From the NCBI GenBank assembly GCA_902531985.1, contig CACAGG010000001.1:2505-66504 (forward strand): DNA of 64,000 nt. The letters run 5' to 3'. The notes under the pieces are model-generated. The model made no database searches. It was given only the letters and a program-made list of their open reading frames with translations, and had not been told where the DNA came from. This document shows, piece after piece, positions 19,687 to 29,681 of the stretch. The DNA comes from an uncultured marine group III euryarchaeote (GTDB taxonomy: Archaea; Thermoplasmatota; Poseidoniia; MGIII; CG-Epi1). A program made the position numbers and the translations under genes. Every line of letters starts with the position of its first letter. The first letter of the stretch is position 1.

Positions 19687-19728
19687 AATCCTTCAAAGAT
19701 ACCAGAGAATCCTTCAAAGATACCAGAC
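19687..19728 (+). repeat. perfect tandem direct repeat, 2 x 21 nt (aatccttcaaagataccagaN)
   Basis: aatccttcaaagataccagag / aatccttcaaagataccagac abuts the ATG at 19729. Confidence 0.8.
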
Positions 19729-20775
19729 ATGCAAAAGATTGAACTAACAGATAAGCAAAAATTAAGAAGAAAAGAAATATTAAGGGATGAAGTAAAGCAA
19801 ATAAAATTAAAATCAAGCAGAGATATATCTAAATTAATAGATTCATTTTCAGAAATGAGCTTTGAATCTCGTAATATAGGAAATGCGGCTAAACTATACC
19901 TCCAGAATTTACAAAATAATACGACCATCATTTGGTCATTAGCTGGCAGCATATTCAGTGCAGGTTTAAGGCAAATAGTAATTGATTCAATCAAAAGAAA
20001 CTATGTCGATGCTTTAGTTTGTACTGGTGCACTATTCGAACAAGATATGGTAGAGGCTTTGGGGCATAAGCACTACAAATGCGATCCAAAACAAAATGAT
20101 TCTGAACTTCAAGAACTGCTAATTGATAGAATATATGATCATGCACTAGATGAAATGGCTTTAAGACAAGTTGATGCGACTTTTAAGCAAATTGCTTCTG
20201 AGATTCCTAAAGGAAATTATTCAAGCAGATTTTTTATGAACGAATGTGGAAAATGGCTTTCAAAAATTGATGGTGCTAAAGACAGCGTTATGCAAGCTGC
20301 ATTTGAGAATGAGATACCTATATTCATTCCTGCAATAAATGATTCCTCAATTGGAATAGGAATAGCCTTAGAACAAAATGAAAATAACAATATTGCAATC
20401 GATTCAATAAAGGATTTAAGAGAATTAGCACTCATGAAAAGTAAAAGCGGAGATACTGGAATAGTAGTTGTTGGAGGAGGAGTACCAAAAAATTATTCTC
20501 AAGATTCCGTAGTTATGGCTGAAATGCTCGGATATGATGTGGAGAAACACTCATTTGGAATACAAATAAGTACTGCTGATTTAAGAGACGGTGGACTTTC
20601 CGGATCTACTCTAAAAGAAGCTATTTCATGGGGTAAAAATCACCAAAATCTAGATGAGGTGATGGTATGGGGTGAAGCTACTGTATATTTCCCTCTAATG
20701 ATGTCTTATATTTTTCACAATATGGAAAATGAAAAGAAAGATAATAAAAAATTAAATAATATATTTACATCCTAA
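19729..20775 (+). CDS. dys: deoxyhypusine synthase
   Basis: C-terminal ...DGGLSGSTLKEAISWGK... matches the DHS active-site lysine region (...GARPDEAVSWGK), plus GGGVPKNY. The ORF track starts at 19660, but that N-terminus consists of the tandem-repeat-encoded NPSKIPE NPSKIPD. The ATG at 19729 (MQKIEL) is the more likely start. Confidence 0.8.
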   Translation: MQKIELTDKQKLRRKEILRDEVKQIKLKSSRDISKLIDSFSEMSFESRNIGNAAKLYLQNLQNNTTIIWSLAGSIFSAGLRQIVIDSIKRNYVDALVCTGALFEQDMVEALGHKHYKCDPKQNDSELQELLIDRIYDHALDEMALRQVDATFKQIASEIPKGNYSSRFFMNECGKWLSKIDGAKDSVMQAAFENEIPIFIPAINDSSIGIGIALEQNENNNIAIDSIKDLRELALMKSKSGDTGIVVVGGGVPKNYSQDSVVMAEMLGYDVEKHSFGIQISTADLRDGGLSGSTLKEAISWGKNHQNLDEVMVWGEATVYFPLMMSYIFHNMENEKKDNKKLNNIFTS

Positions 20776-20808
20776 TAATATAAATACAGTTAATTTATAA
20801 GAACAAAA

Positions 20809-23484
20809 GTGAGAGAAAAAAATATGAAAAAAGGATACAGGCAACAGTTACCAGATAGGGACCCTCAAGAAACTGAAGAATGGATTGATTCTATCGACTC
20901 GATTATTGAAATTAAGGGTGAAGAGCGAGCTAGATACTTACTACAGACATTAATCAGGGAAGCTAGAGATCGAAACATTGCAATTCCCTTAATGACCAAT
21001 AGCCCTTACGTAAACACTATACCTCCTGAATCTGAACCTGAATATCCTGGAAATGAAGTTATTGAGAAGAAGATTAGACGTATAATTAGATGGAACGCTG
21101 CAATGATGGTTTCAAAGGCTAACAAGAACTTTGCAGGTTTAGGTGGCCACATCTCTACTTACGCCTCTGCAGCAAGTTTGTATGAAGTAGGATTCCATCA
21201 TTTCTTCAAAGGAAAGAACAATGGAATTGGTGATTTCATTTACTACCAAGGTCATGCATCTCCAGGCATATATTCTAGAGCTTTTCTAGAAGGAAGGCTA
21301 GATCAAGGTAATCTTGACCATTTTAGGAGAGAAGCCTTCACAGACGGTCTATCTAGTTATCCGCACCCTAGATTGATGCCAGAATTTTGGGAATTCCCAA
21401 CTGTTTCGATGGGATTAGGACCTACTAATGCAATATATCACGCTAGATTTCTCCGCTACCTAAAAGAAAGGGGCATTGCAGATACTAGTAACTGTAGAGT
21501 CTGGGCATTCTTGGGAGATGGGGAATGTGATGAGCCTGAAACTTTACATGCTTTACATTTAGCTCATAGAGAAAAATTAGATAATCTTACATTTGTCATA
21601 AATTGTAATTTACAAAGATTAGATGGGCCAGTAAGAGGAAACGGTAAAATAATCCAAGAATTAGAAGCAATATTTAGAGGATCAGGATGGAACGTTCTCA
21701 AAGTTTTGTGGGGCAGAGACTGGGATGAACTACTCCAAAATGACGAGATGGGCCATTTGCTGCGTAAAATGGAAAAAACCGTTGACGGTGATTACCAGAC
21801 CTTAGCTGCATCTACTGGAGATTACATAAGAGAAAATTTCTTTGGGCCTGAGCCTGAGCTACAAAAATTAGTCGAAAATCTGGATGACAAAACGCTTACT
21901 AAATTACGAAGGGGAGGTCACGACTCTACAAAAATATTTTCAGCCTACAAAGAAGCTACCGAGCATAAAGGTCAGCCATCTGTAGTTTTAGCAAAGACTG
22001 TCAAAGGATGGGCTTTAGGGAAAGGGTTTGAAGCTAGAAACATGACTCATCAGAAAAAATCTCTTGAGAAATCTGATTGGGAATACTTTAGAGACTTGCT
22101 TGAAATACCTTTCACTGATTCCGAATTAGAAGATATGCCTTACTACAAACCTGCTTCAGATAGTGAGGAAATTCTATACCTAAGAGAGCGTAGAGAAAAA
22201 TTAGGAGGGTATTTACCATCAAGAAAAGCAACCTACAGCGGATTTCAGATGCCTAAGAAGGAAGTATTTTCAGAGTTTGATAAAGGAACTCCAGAAGAGC
22301 AACAAGTTTCAACGACTATGGCTTTTGTAAGATTGCTCCGTAACTTAATGAAGGATGAGAAAATTGGCAATCTAATTGTGCCTATTGTTCCTGATGAGGC
22401 TAGAACTTTTGGTATGGAAGCTTTGTTTACTGAATTTAAAATATATAATGCTCAAGGTCAAATTTACACACCTGTTGACTCGCAACTCTTGTTAAGTTAT
22501 AAAGAATCTGAGAGTGGTCAAATATTAGAAGAAGGAATTTCTGAAGCTGGAGCTATGAGTAGTTTTACAGCCGCAGGAACGGCTTATTCAACTGTTGGCA
22601 AACCAACTATACCATTTTACATTTATTATTCAATGTTCGGATTTCAAAGAGTAGGTGATCAGATATGGTGCGCTGCAGATTCAAGGGCAAAGGGGTTCCT
22701 TTTAGGAGCAACTGCAGGTCGAACCACACTAAATGGAGAAGGATTACAACATCAAGATGGACATAGTCTTCTAACCTCATCAACAGTACCAAATTGTGTT
22801 TCATATGATGCTGCATTCGCATATGAAATTGGAATCATAGTCAAGGAAGGCCTAAGACGGATGTATGAAAATAATGAAGATATATTCTATTACTTAACAC
22901 TCTATAATGAAAATTACTCTATGCCTTCTATACCTAAAAATAGTGAAGAAGGAATAATCAAAGGGATATATAAATTCAAATCAGTAACTAAACCACAGGT
23001 TAGATTAATAGGAAGTGGTTCTATAATGCAACAAGTTTTAGAAGCTGACAAAATACTATCAAAATTAGGAATAAAGTCTGAGATATGGAGTGCAACAAGT
23101 TTTGGAGGGCTTCGTAGAGATGCTATGGAATGTGAAAGATGGAATCTTTTGAATCCTTCTAAAAAACAAAAAATACCCTACATCAGTAAAATAATGAGCA
23201 ATAGTGAATTAGTTTCTATAGCTGCAACCGACCATATGAAAGCAGTTCCAGATATGATTAAAGGCTGGGTTCCTGGAAATTACGTTTCCTTAGGTACTGA
23301 TGGATTTGGAAGAAGCGACACAAGAGAAAGTCTTAGAAAATTCTTTGAAATAGATGCAAACAATATCGCTGCTGCTGCAATAAGTACTTTACAAACTGAA
23401 GGGAAAATGACTAAAGCAAAAGCTGAAAAAGCTCTAAAGACTTTGGATGTTGATTTTGAAGCTCCAGATCCTTCTAAAAACTAA
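20809..23484 (+). CDS. aceE: pyruvate dehydrogenase E1 component, homodimeric (AceE type)
   Basis: 891 aa with an AceE-like N-terminus (...EWIDSIDSIIE...ARYLL...) and a ThDP-binding region (GDGECDEPE). Confidence 0.85.
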   Translation: MREKNMKKGYRQQLPDRDPQETEEWIDSIDSIIEIKGEERARYLLQTLIREARDRNIAIPLMTNSPYVNTIPPESEPEYPGNEVIEKKIRRIIRWNAAMMVSKANKNFAGLGGHISTYASAASLYEVGFHHFFKGKNNGIGDFIYYQGHASPGIYSRAFLEGRLDQGNLDHFRREAFTDGLSSYPHPRLMPEFWEFPTVSMGLGPTNAIYHARFLRYLKERGIADTSNCRVWAFLGDGECDEPETLHALHLAHREKLDNLTFVINCNLQRLDGPVRGNGKIIQELEAIFRGSGWNVLKVLWGRDWDELLQNDEMGHLLRKMEKTVDGDYQTLAASTGDYIRENFFGPEPELQKLVENLDDKTLTKLRRGGHDSTKIFSAYKEATEHKGQPSVVLAKTVKGWALGKGFEARNMTHQKKSLEKSDWEYFRDLLEIPFTDSELEDMPYYKPASDSEEILYLRERREKLGGYLPSRKATYSGFQMPKKEVFSEFDKGTPEEQQVSTTMAFVRLLRNLMKDEKIGNLIVPIVPDEARTFGMEALFTEFKIYNAQGQIYTPVDSQLLLSYKESESGQILEEGISEAGAMSSFTAAGTAYSTVGKPTIPFYIYYSMFGFQRVGDQIWCAADSRAKGFLLGATAGRTTLNGEGLQHQDGHSLLTSSTVPNCVSYDAAFAYEIGIIVKEGLRRMYENNEDIFYYLTLYNENYSMPSIPKNSEEGIIKGIYKFKSVTKPQVRLIGSGSIMQQVLEADKILSKLGIKSEIWSATSFGGLRRDAMECERWNLLNPSKKQKIPYISKIMSNSELVSIAATDHMKAVPDMIKGWVPGNYVSLGTDGFGRSDTRESLRKFFEIDANNIAAAAISTLQTEGKMTKAKAEKALKTLDVDFEAPDPSKN

Positions 23485-23486
23485 AA

Positions 23487-25130
23487 TTACATCATCCCAG
23501 GAGGCATACCGCCCATTCCGTCGCTTCCATCTGGCTCAGGCCCTTCAGGTTGCTTTGAAGCAATAACATCATCTATTCTCAATATCATAGTTGCAACGTC
23601 TGTAGCACTACTCAATGCCTGAGTTTTTACTCTAAGAGGCTCCACTACATTTCTAGATTTCATATTAACCACTTTACCACTATAGGCATCCAAGCCAGCA
23701 TGCGGATTGCGCCCCTTTTGTGTGTGAGATTTTCTCAATCCCATTAAAGTATCAATTACATCTAGACCTGCATTTTCTGCCAATGTACTTGGTACTACTT
23801 CTATCGCTTGTGCAAAAGATTCAATTGCCATCTGCTCGCGACCTCCAATACGGGGTGCAAACTTTCTTAATTTAAGAGCCAATTCTATTTCTGCAGCTCC
23901 GCCGCCGGTAACGATTTTCCCGTCCTTTACAACCAAAGAAACAACACCAATTGCATCATCTAAATTTCTATCTATTTCATCAACAACATGTTCACTGCCG
24001 CCTCTAACCAAAATAGAAACTGCCTTAGGATTTTTACATTCTGTTACAAAGGTCATATCATCATCTCCAATCTTACGGACTTCAACCAAACCTGCAAAAC
24101 CAATATCTTCTTTACCTATAGCATCTAAATTAGAAACTACACGTCCGCCTGTGGCTTTTGCTAAAGCTTCAATATCAGATTTCTTAGCTCGACGTATTGC
24201 CATGATACCATTTTTTGCAAGATAATGCTGAGCCAAATCATCAATTCCCTTCTGACAAATTAAAACATTAGCTTTTGTTTTATTAATTTTATCCACCATT
24301 TTCTTGATGGTAGATTCCTCTTGATCCAAAAAGGCTTGTATCTGTGAAGGATCGTTAATTTGTATTTTAGATTCAATTTCAGTTTTCTTTATTTCCAAAG
24401 GTGCATCAATTAATGCTACTTTAGCATTAGAAACTTCTTTCGGCATACCGCTGTGAACTGGCTCTTTGTCTAATATGATTCCAGATACTAATTCAGTATC
24501 TGCAATAGAACCTCCTTGTTTCTTTTGGATTTTAATATCATCTCTATCTACTTCAGATTTACTACCTCTTCCCTTTGCCACTAATTTAACAGACTTAACT
24601 GTCAAATCAGCTAAAAAACCTGCATTTGCTTCTGAAGATTTTCCAGTCATTGAAGTTATAGCAATCGATTTCAAAGTGGATACGTCACTACTCTTTACTG
24701 GTCTTGATATCTTATCCAACAATTTTAGCGATTCTGCTGAAGCCCTTCTATATCCATTAGATATGGCTGTAGGATGTACACCCTTTTCCATTAATTCCTC
24801 CGCATTCTTAAGAAGTTCACCTGCTAAGATAACTGCAGTAGTTGTTCCATCGCCACATTCCGAATCTTGAGTCTTAGCCACTTCCACAACCATCTTTGCT
24901 GCTGGATGCTCTACTTCTATCTCTTTCAATATGGTAACACCGTCATTAGTTATGACTACATCACCCATTGAATCTACAAGCATCTTGTCCATTCCTTTGG
25001 GACCTAAAGTTGACCTTACTGCTTCTGCAATAGCCTTGGCTGCTGCTATATTGTTTTGAGTGGCCTTACGCCCGCTGTCTCTTTTGGTTCCTTCTTTTAG
25101 AATAACCACTGGTGCATTACCTGGAATCAT
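23487..25130 (-). CDS. ths: thermosome subunit (group II chaperonin)
   Basis: GPKGMDKML, ...TNDGVTIL..., ...VTGGGAAE..., and a C-terminal [11 protein letters not shown] tail. Confidence 0.95.
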   Translation of the reverse strand: MIPGNAPVVILKEGTKRDSGRKATQNNIAAAKAIAEAVRSTLGPKGMDKMLVDSMGDVVITNDGVTILKEIEVEHPAAKMVVEVAKTQDSECGDGTTTAVILAGELLKNAEELMEKGVHPTAISNGYRRASAESLKLLDKISRPVKSSDVSTLKSIAITSMTGKSSEANAGFLADLTVKSVKLVAKGRGSKSEVDRDDIKIQKKQGGSIADTELVSGIILDKEPVHSGMPKEVSNAKVALIDAPLEIKKTEIESKIQINDPSQIQAFLDQEESTIKKMVDKINKTKANVLICQKGIDDLAQHYLAKNGIMAIRRAKKSDIEALAKATGGRVVSNLDAIGKEDIGFAGLVEVRKIGDDDMTFVTECKNPKAVSILVRGGSEHVVDEIDRNLDDAIGVVSLVVKDGKIVTGGGAAEIELALKLRKFAPRIGGREQMAIESFAQAIEVVPSTLAENAGLDVIDTLMGLRKSHTQKGRNPHAGLDAYSGKVVNMKSRNVVEPLRVKTQALSSATDVATMILRIDDVIASKQPEGPEPDGSDGMGGMPPGMM

Positions 25131-25182
25131 AGTATCATTTTAACATTCTCGGGCCAGATATATAAAAATAGTTGTAAAAAAG

Positions 25183-25947
25183 CTAATTTATAGATAAAAA
25201 AGCTAAAGAAAGTAGCACTGCTCCCGAAATTGAGCAAAAATTAACGCCATTGTTGCCCAGAATCCCTCTACTTTCTAAAGTAGCCCCTAACAAAGAATCA
25301 ATTATGCTCCCAAAAAAACCGAAAAACGCTGAGATATAAAGATAATCTACTTCAAAAGAAGAATAAAAAGCATGATTTTCTTCAATCATTAAGACAAAAG
25401 CACTAAAAGATAACATAGACATAGAGACTGCTGAGAGTAAAGAAGCAGTAGTTCCCTCCAAAGAAATACCTCCATCTGTACCTGGCTCAACCTTTTGGGA
25501 AGGATTTGTAATCAAAACTGGTTCTGGTGCCAAAACTCCAATTTCACTAGCCATGGTATCTGCTGTAGCTGCTCCAATAGACGTTGTAAAAGCTACAAGC
25601 GCCTGCTCTGGAGATAGTAAATTAAGACTGTAACATACTGCAACAACAGCTGGAACTATACCATTTGAAATTACATTAGAACCTCCTCGAGTTCCTTCAT
25701 CGCTCTCTTCAACACCAAGGGCTTTCTTGTAGACTATTGCAAACTTAGTAGCTAAAAAAGAAGAACCTACAAAAATAAGCATCAAGAGAAGCCAAGTCCA
25801 ATGCCCCAATGTACCGGTAATAAAACAAATTAAAAATGCTAAAACCGAACCTCCTTGGTCAAGTACTTTTTTGAAGAAAGCAATGCCTGATATTATTAAA
25901 CTTGTAATCGAAATAAATAAAACGGTTATTGGATCTGGCAATATCAA
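25183..25947 (-). CDS. integral membrane protein (DUF92/TMEM19-like)
   Basis: 254 aa with ~7 TM. Family assignment is tentative. Confidence 0.4.
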   Translation of the reverse strand: MILPDPITVLFISITSLIISGIAFFKKVLDQGGSVLAFLICFITGTLGHWTWLLLMLIFVGSSFLATKFAIVYKKALGVEESDEGTRGGSNVISNGIVPAVVAVCYSLNLLSPEQALVAFTTSIGAATADTMASEIGVLAPEPVLITNPSQKVEPGTDGGISLEGTTASLLSAVSMSMLSFSAFVLMIEENHAFYSSFEVDYLYISAFFGFFGSIIDSLLGATLESRGILGNNGVNFCSISGAVLLSLAFLSIN

Positions 25948-27341
25948 GAAACGGCCCTCACAGCCTCTTCAAAATGAGACTGAAATTCTTTTTTGATATC
26001 TGATAATCGAGAGTCATCTTTCGCTTCAACAAACATTCGAATTACTGGTTGTGTGTTTGACGGCCTAAGGAGGACCCATCCACCATCTAACCATATTTTT
26101 ACACCATCAATTGTTTCTACTTTATAGCCCATTTTCAAAAATGTTTTTTCAAGCTGATCGTTGACATCAAATTTTACCGAATCGGGACACTTAAATTTTA
26201 ACTCTTCATAGGGATAAGAAGGAATATCATTAGAGAAATCGTTCAACGTCTTCTCAGAATTTGAAACAAATTCTGCTAATTTAAGACTGAAAATTAAAGG
26301 ATCATCAAAGATAAACTCAGTCAAACCAGGTGCAAAGAAGTGTGCCGAAATTTCCATGGCAATTGCTGCATTGTGCTTCTTTAATTCTTCACAAACAAAA
26401 ACATCTCCAACCCTAATCCAGATTAATTCCCCACCTATTTTGGGAATCTCATCTTCTAGTATCATTGAGCAGGGAACTCCTGCTAAGACTTTGTTAGCTC
26501 CTGGTTTAATCAAACTCCTTGAGGTTATTATTCCAATTTTCTCTGCTGATACTGCTTTTGCCTTATTATCAATGAACACACAACGGTCTGCATCACCATC
26601 AAAAGCAATGCCCATGTCATATTCTCCTTTTTCCATTATAGATATTAAATCTCCTAAATTTTTAGGAGCAGGTTCTGAGGGCCTGTTAGGAAAAGTACCA
26701 TCTGGTTCATTATTTATGCTAAAAGTCTTTGCCCCCATCTTTTGAAATAATCTATCAATTATAACACAACCTACACCATTACCAGGGTCTAAAGCCACTT
26801 TCATCCCATTCAAATTTCCCACTTTTTCTGAAACAAAATCGATGTAAGTATCAAGAACAGCCTCTGTAGAACATATCTTTATTTTTCCTGAATTACTGGC
26901 TTCAACTAAATCCCCCTCAAAAAACATTTTCTTAACGTCAATATTTCCTTCTGTATACCCAGTACCATCTGGATGACGAAACCTAATGCCGTTATACTCT
27001 GCTGGATTATGACTTGCTGTAATGTAAACTCCAGCGATGTAAGGAGTAGAACTCGAACTTGCCTTCCATGTAGTAAAGTTTGCTACAGGTATGGGAACCA
27101 TCCCTATTACATCTACATCAAAACCTGCTTTGGAAATACCTACAGAGACTGCATTCTGTAGCTCCGGAGAACTTACCCTTGCATCGCAGCCAATGGAAAC
27201 TTTGCCTCCTTTATTATTTTTTAACAAATAATTACCAAAAGCTAAACCGACACGTTCGCCAATTTCTGCATCAAGTTCCTTACCGTAAACTCCGCGAATA
27301 TCGTAAGCTCGAAATATATCTTCTGAAGCTTTCATGTTCAT
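25944..27341 (-). CDS. phosphoglucomutase/phosphomannomutase family protein
   Basis: ...ITASHNPAEYNGI... active-site Ser motif, ...FDGDADR... metal-binding loop. Confidence 0.85.
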   Translation of the reverse strand: MNMKASEDIFRAYDIRGVYGKELDAEIGERVGLAFGNYLLKNNKGGKVSIGCDARVSSPELQNAVSVGISKAGFDVDVIGMVPIPVANFTTWKASSSSTPYIAGVYITASHNPAEYNGIRFRHPDGTGYTEGNIDVKKMFFEGDLVEASNSGKIKICSTEAVLDTYIDFVSEKVGNLNGMKVALDPGNGVGCVIIDRLFQKMGAKTFSINNEPDGTFPNRPSEPAPKNLGDLISIMEKGEYDMGIAFDGDADRCVFIDNKAKAVSAEKIGIITSRSLIKPGANKVLAGVPCSMILEDEIPKIGGELIWIRVGDVFVCEELKKHNAAIAMEISAHFFAPGLTEFIFDDPLIFSLKLAEFVSNSEKTLNDFSNDIPSYPYEELKFKCPDSVKFDVNDQLEKTFLKMGYKVETIDGVKIWLDGGWVLLRPSNTQPVIRMFVEAKDDSRLSDIKKEFQSHFEEAVRAVS

Positions 27342-27399
27342 GCCATTTAGGCCAGTTTAAAAGAAATACTCTTAATAGACTCACATTGCATAGACAGTT

Positions 27400-27942
27400 A
27401 TGGCATTAACCGAATCAACTATGGTGAAATTGGGTTCTTCTGCACCTGATTTTAACTTACCAGATACAAATGGGAACAAGGTTTCCCTCAATGATTTCAA
27501 ATCTGAGACTTTAGTTGTAATTTTTACTTGTAATCATTGCCCATACGCTAAAGCTGTAGAAGATCGCCTGATTACTCTTGGAAATGATTACAAAGGAAAA
27601 ACTGACTTTGTATTAATTAGTTCTAATGATGTAGAAAACTATCCTGAAGATTCTCCTGCAAAAATGGCAGAGAAACATAAATCAAAAGGATATCAATTCC
27701 CATATCTATTTGATGAAACTCAAGAAGTAGCAAAAGCATACAGTGCAGTATGTACTCCCGATATTTTTCTATACAATAAAGAAAGAAAATTAGAATACAG
27801 GGGAAGATTAGATGATAATTGGCAGCAGCCACAAAACGTAACTCGTGAAGAATTACGCATGGCTATTGAAGCTGTTTTAAGTGGAAATGAAATAGATTTT
27901 AAACAAATTCCTTCAATGGGTTGTAATATCAAGTGGAAATAG
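27400..27942 (+). CDS. thioredoxin-fold redoxin (TlpA/AhpC-TSA-like) with CNHC motif
   Basis: ...VVIFTCNHCPYAK... in a redoxin-like context. Confidence 0.7.
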   Translation: MALTESTMVKLGSSAPDFNLPDTNGNKVSLNDFKSETLVVIFTCNHCPYAKAVEDRLITLGNDYKGKTDFVLISSNDVENYPEDSPAKMAEKHKSKGYQFPYLFDETQEVAKAYSAVCTPDIFLYNKERKLEYRGRLDDNWQQPQNVTREELRMAIEAVLSGNEIDFKQIPSMGCNIKWK

Positions 27943-27945
27943 AAC

Positions 27946-27968
27946 TCAGGCTTCCTCATCCGGCTTGT
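27946..27968 (+). repeat. 23-nt conserved element, copy 1 (tcaggcttcctcatccggcttgt), immediately 3' of stop codon
   Basis: Exact 23/23 identity with copy 2 at 28704-28726. Both start 1-3 nt after the stop of a + strand gene and are followed by a T-rich tract. Confidence 0.6.
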
Positions 27969-28038
27969 ATTACTTTCTACGATATATTGCTATTAATTTG
28001 TTAGAAAAGCTCATATGTGAGTCTAGAATACGACATTC

Positions 28039-28356
28039 GTGGAAGAAAAAGAATTGAAGGTTTTGAAATTAGATGAAATGACCAATTTAATGTGGATAAG
28101 TTTTATTCCATTGCTTGTAATAATTCTAATATTCTCAATTATTGAATATGGTTTCTTGGCTTGGTGGAATTATATGATGCTTGCATCCTTCACAGTCCTT
28201 TTTGTGGTTCCTGTTATTTGTATTATTTTAGGGGTCTCAATCAAGATATTGAGTGAATTAAATTTTGTTAAAACTGATGGGGACTGGGGTACATTAGATC
28301 TAATGAAGTCATTTTATTCTGAACTTTATCCTGAATATTTTAATGACGAAAAGTGA
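28039..28356 (+). CDS. small membrane protein (2 TM)
   Basis: 105 aa with two long hydrophobic helices. Confidence 0.4.
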   Translation: MEEKELKVLKLDEMTNLMWISFIPLLVIILIFSIIEYGFLAWWNYMMLASFTVLFVVPVICIILGVSIKILSELNFVKTDGDWGTLDLMKSFYSELYPEYFNDEK

Positions 28357-28428
28357 GTCCTTTGTCGTCGATGTATCTGTACTTAAAATGGACGGAAACA
28401 GTATATAATCAAGAATGAATTCAAGGGT

Positions 28429-28701
28429 ATGGCTGTGCCAATACAAACTCCTGAAAAAACACCGTCAATGAAGAATGTGGCGTTACTCCCTTTCTTTTTA
28501 ATTTTTGTTTTTGGAGAATATTATTTATTTGGGGAAGCTATAACAGCTGGAACTATATTTTGGGGTGCTTTAGGTGCATTATTCGTTTATTTCCTGTGGG
28601 TAACTAACGATGATGAATATCCAGCATTGTACTGTGATGAATGCGGTATGACTTATTCTCGGATATCGCAATTCAATAACCACAAATGTGTGAGAAAATA
28701 A
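28429..28701 (+). CDS. small membrane protein with C-terminal C2HC zinc-finger-like motif
   Basis: 2 TM, then ...YCDECGMTYSRISQFNNHKCV. Confidence 0.4.
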   Translation: MAVPIQTPEKTPSMKNVALLPFFLIFVFGEYYLFGEAITAGTIFWGALGALFVYFLWVTNDDEYPALYCDECGMTYSRISQFNNHKCVRK

Positions 28702-28703
28702 CT

Positions 28704-28726
28704 TCAGGCTTCCTCATCCGGCTTGT
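28704..28726 (+). repeat. 23-nt conserved element, copy 2 (tcaggcttcctcatccggcttgt)
   Basis: Identical to 27946-27968. Lies between convergent gene ends. Confidence 0.6.
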
Positions 28727-28744
28727 CTAATTCTTATTGTATAT

Positions 28745-28951
28745 TTAACCTGAACTAATAGCAATAAACATCCAGAAAAACAAAAGAACCATCAACAAAA
28801 ATCCTACGAATGGTATTGCTATTAGATTCTCACCAATCTTTCTGACATCCTCATCATCATTTACAAGATATATTCCGCCAAGAATAAATCCAACGGGAGG
28901 CATTAGAAACGCTATCAAATACAGAACAATTGAATTACCCGTACTTATCAT
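28745..28951 (-). CDS. small membrane protein (68 aa, 2 TM)
   Basis: Hydrophobic ORF; no other support. Confidence 0.3.
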   Translation of the reverse strand: MISTGNSIVLYLIAFLMPPVGFILGGIYLVNDDEDVRKIGENLIAIPFVGFLLMVLLFFWMFIAISSG

Positions 28952-29034
28952 ATCTACCTGACGCCTCCTGAGATTAAAATACTGTGGGTTGTTTTGTTCT
29001 TTGGTGGGTCTACTATAGATCCTATAACTGCGCC

Positions 29035-29349
29035 TTAGGATTCTTTTTTGTCTTCTTCGTCTTCATCATCAAAAAGATAAGACTGTACACGTTCTATTTC
29101 CTTTTCAGCTCTCTTATTGATATTTAACACTAATACCGCAAGGCCCATAACGAGGGCAGTAACTGCAATCGCTGAAATGTACATACCTTTCAAAGTACCA
29201 TCATCACTATCTGGCATCAAATACTCAACAGTAGCATTAATCGTGTCCTTCCAAGCTAAAGCTACAACTAAACCAAAAGCAGTCATTACCGAAGAAATTA
29301 CAATTCCTCGCATATTTAATTTTTCAAAATCTTCTTGATTAATTCCCAT
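29035..29349 (-). CDS. small membrane protein with acidic C-terminal tail
   Basis: Two TM segments, then ...DDEDEEDKKES. Confidence 0.4.
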   Translation of the reverse strand: MGINQEDFEKLNMRGIVISSVMTAFGLVVALAWKDTINATVEYLMPDSDDGTLKGMYISAIAVTALVMGLAVLVLNINKRAEKEIERVQSYLFDDEDEEDKKES

Positions 29350-29600
29350 TATTCTTCCTCTGGAGTATTCAATTCCTTTAATTCTAAGGTATATACTGAA
29401 AAAACGTAAATATCGGGATTAAGCTTTATTCGATCCAAACAAGCATTACACATAGCATGAATAAAACCTTGATTTTCTTCGTGTTTATGCCTCAAATCTG
29501 CTTGATAACAATGAGAAACTAAATATTCAGCCTCTGCAGGTTGATTCAACTTAGTAGGCGTCAAACCATGCACATCAACACACATTCTACAATACATCAC
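29349..29600 (-). CDS. small Cys/His-rich protein (putative zinc-binding)
   Basis: 83 aa: CRMC...H...HC...H.H...H..C..C. Stop overlaps the next gene's start. Confidence 0.35.
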   Translation of the reverse strand: MMYCRMCVDVHGLTPTKLNQPAEAEYLVSHCYQADLRHKHEENQGFIHAMCNACLDRIKLNPDIYVFSVYTLELKELNTPEEE

Positions 29601-29681
29601 ATACTCCTAATCAATTTACTAAAGATGTGCTCTTATAATTATGCTAATTAATTTTATATAAGACTACCAGGTCGAAAAATT

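Noticed and set aside
19660-19728. Long N-terminal start of deoxyhypusine synthase
   Set aside because: It overlaps the PIN gene's 3' end and is encoded by a perfect tandem repeat. The downstream ATG (19729) gives a conventional DHS N-terminus.
27946-28726. Idea that the 23-nt 3'-UTR element is an archaeal SECIS marking selenoprotein genes
   Set aside because: Both upstream ORFs are uninterrupted by in-frame TGA. The Cys motifs are encoded by TGT/TGC. The element lacks an obvious SECIS-like hairpin.
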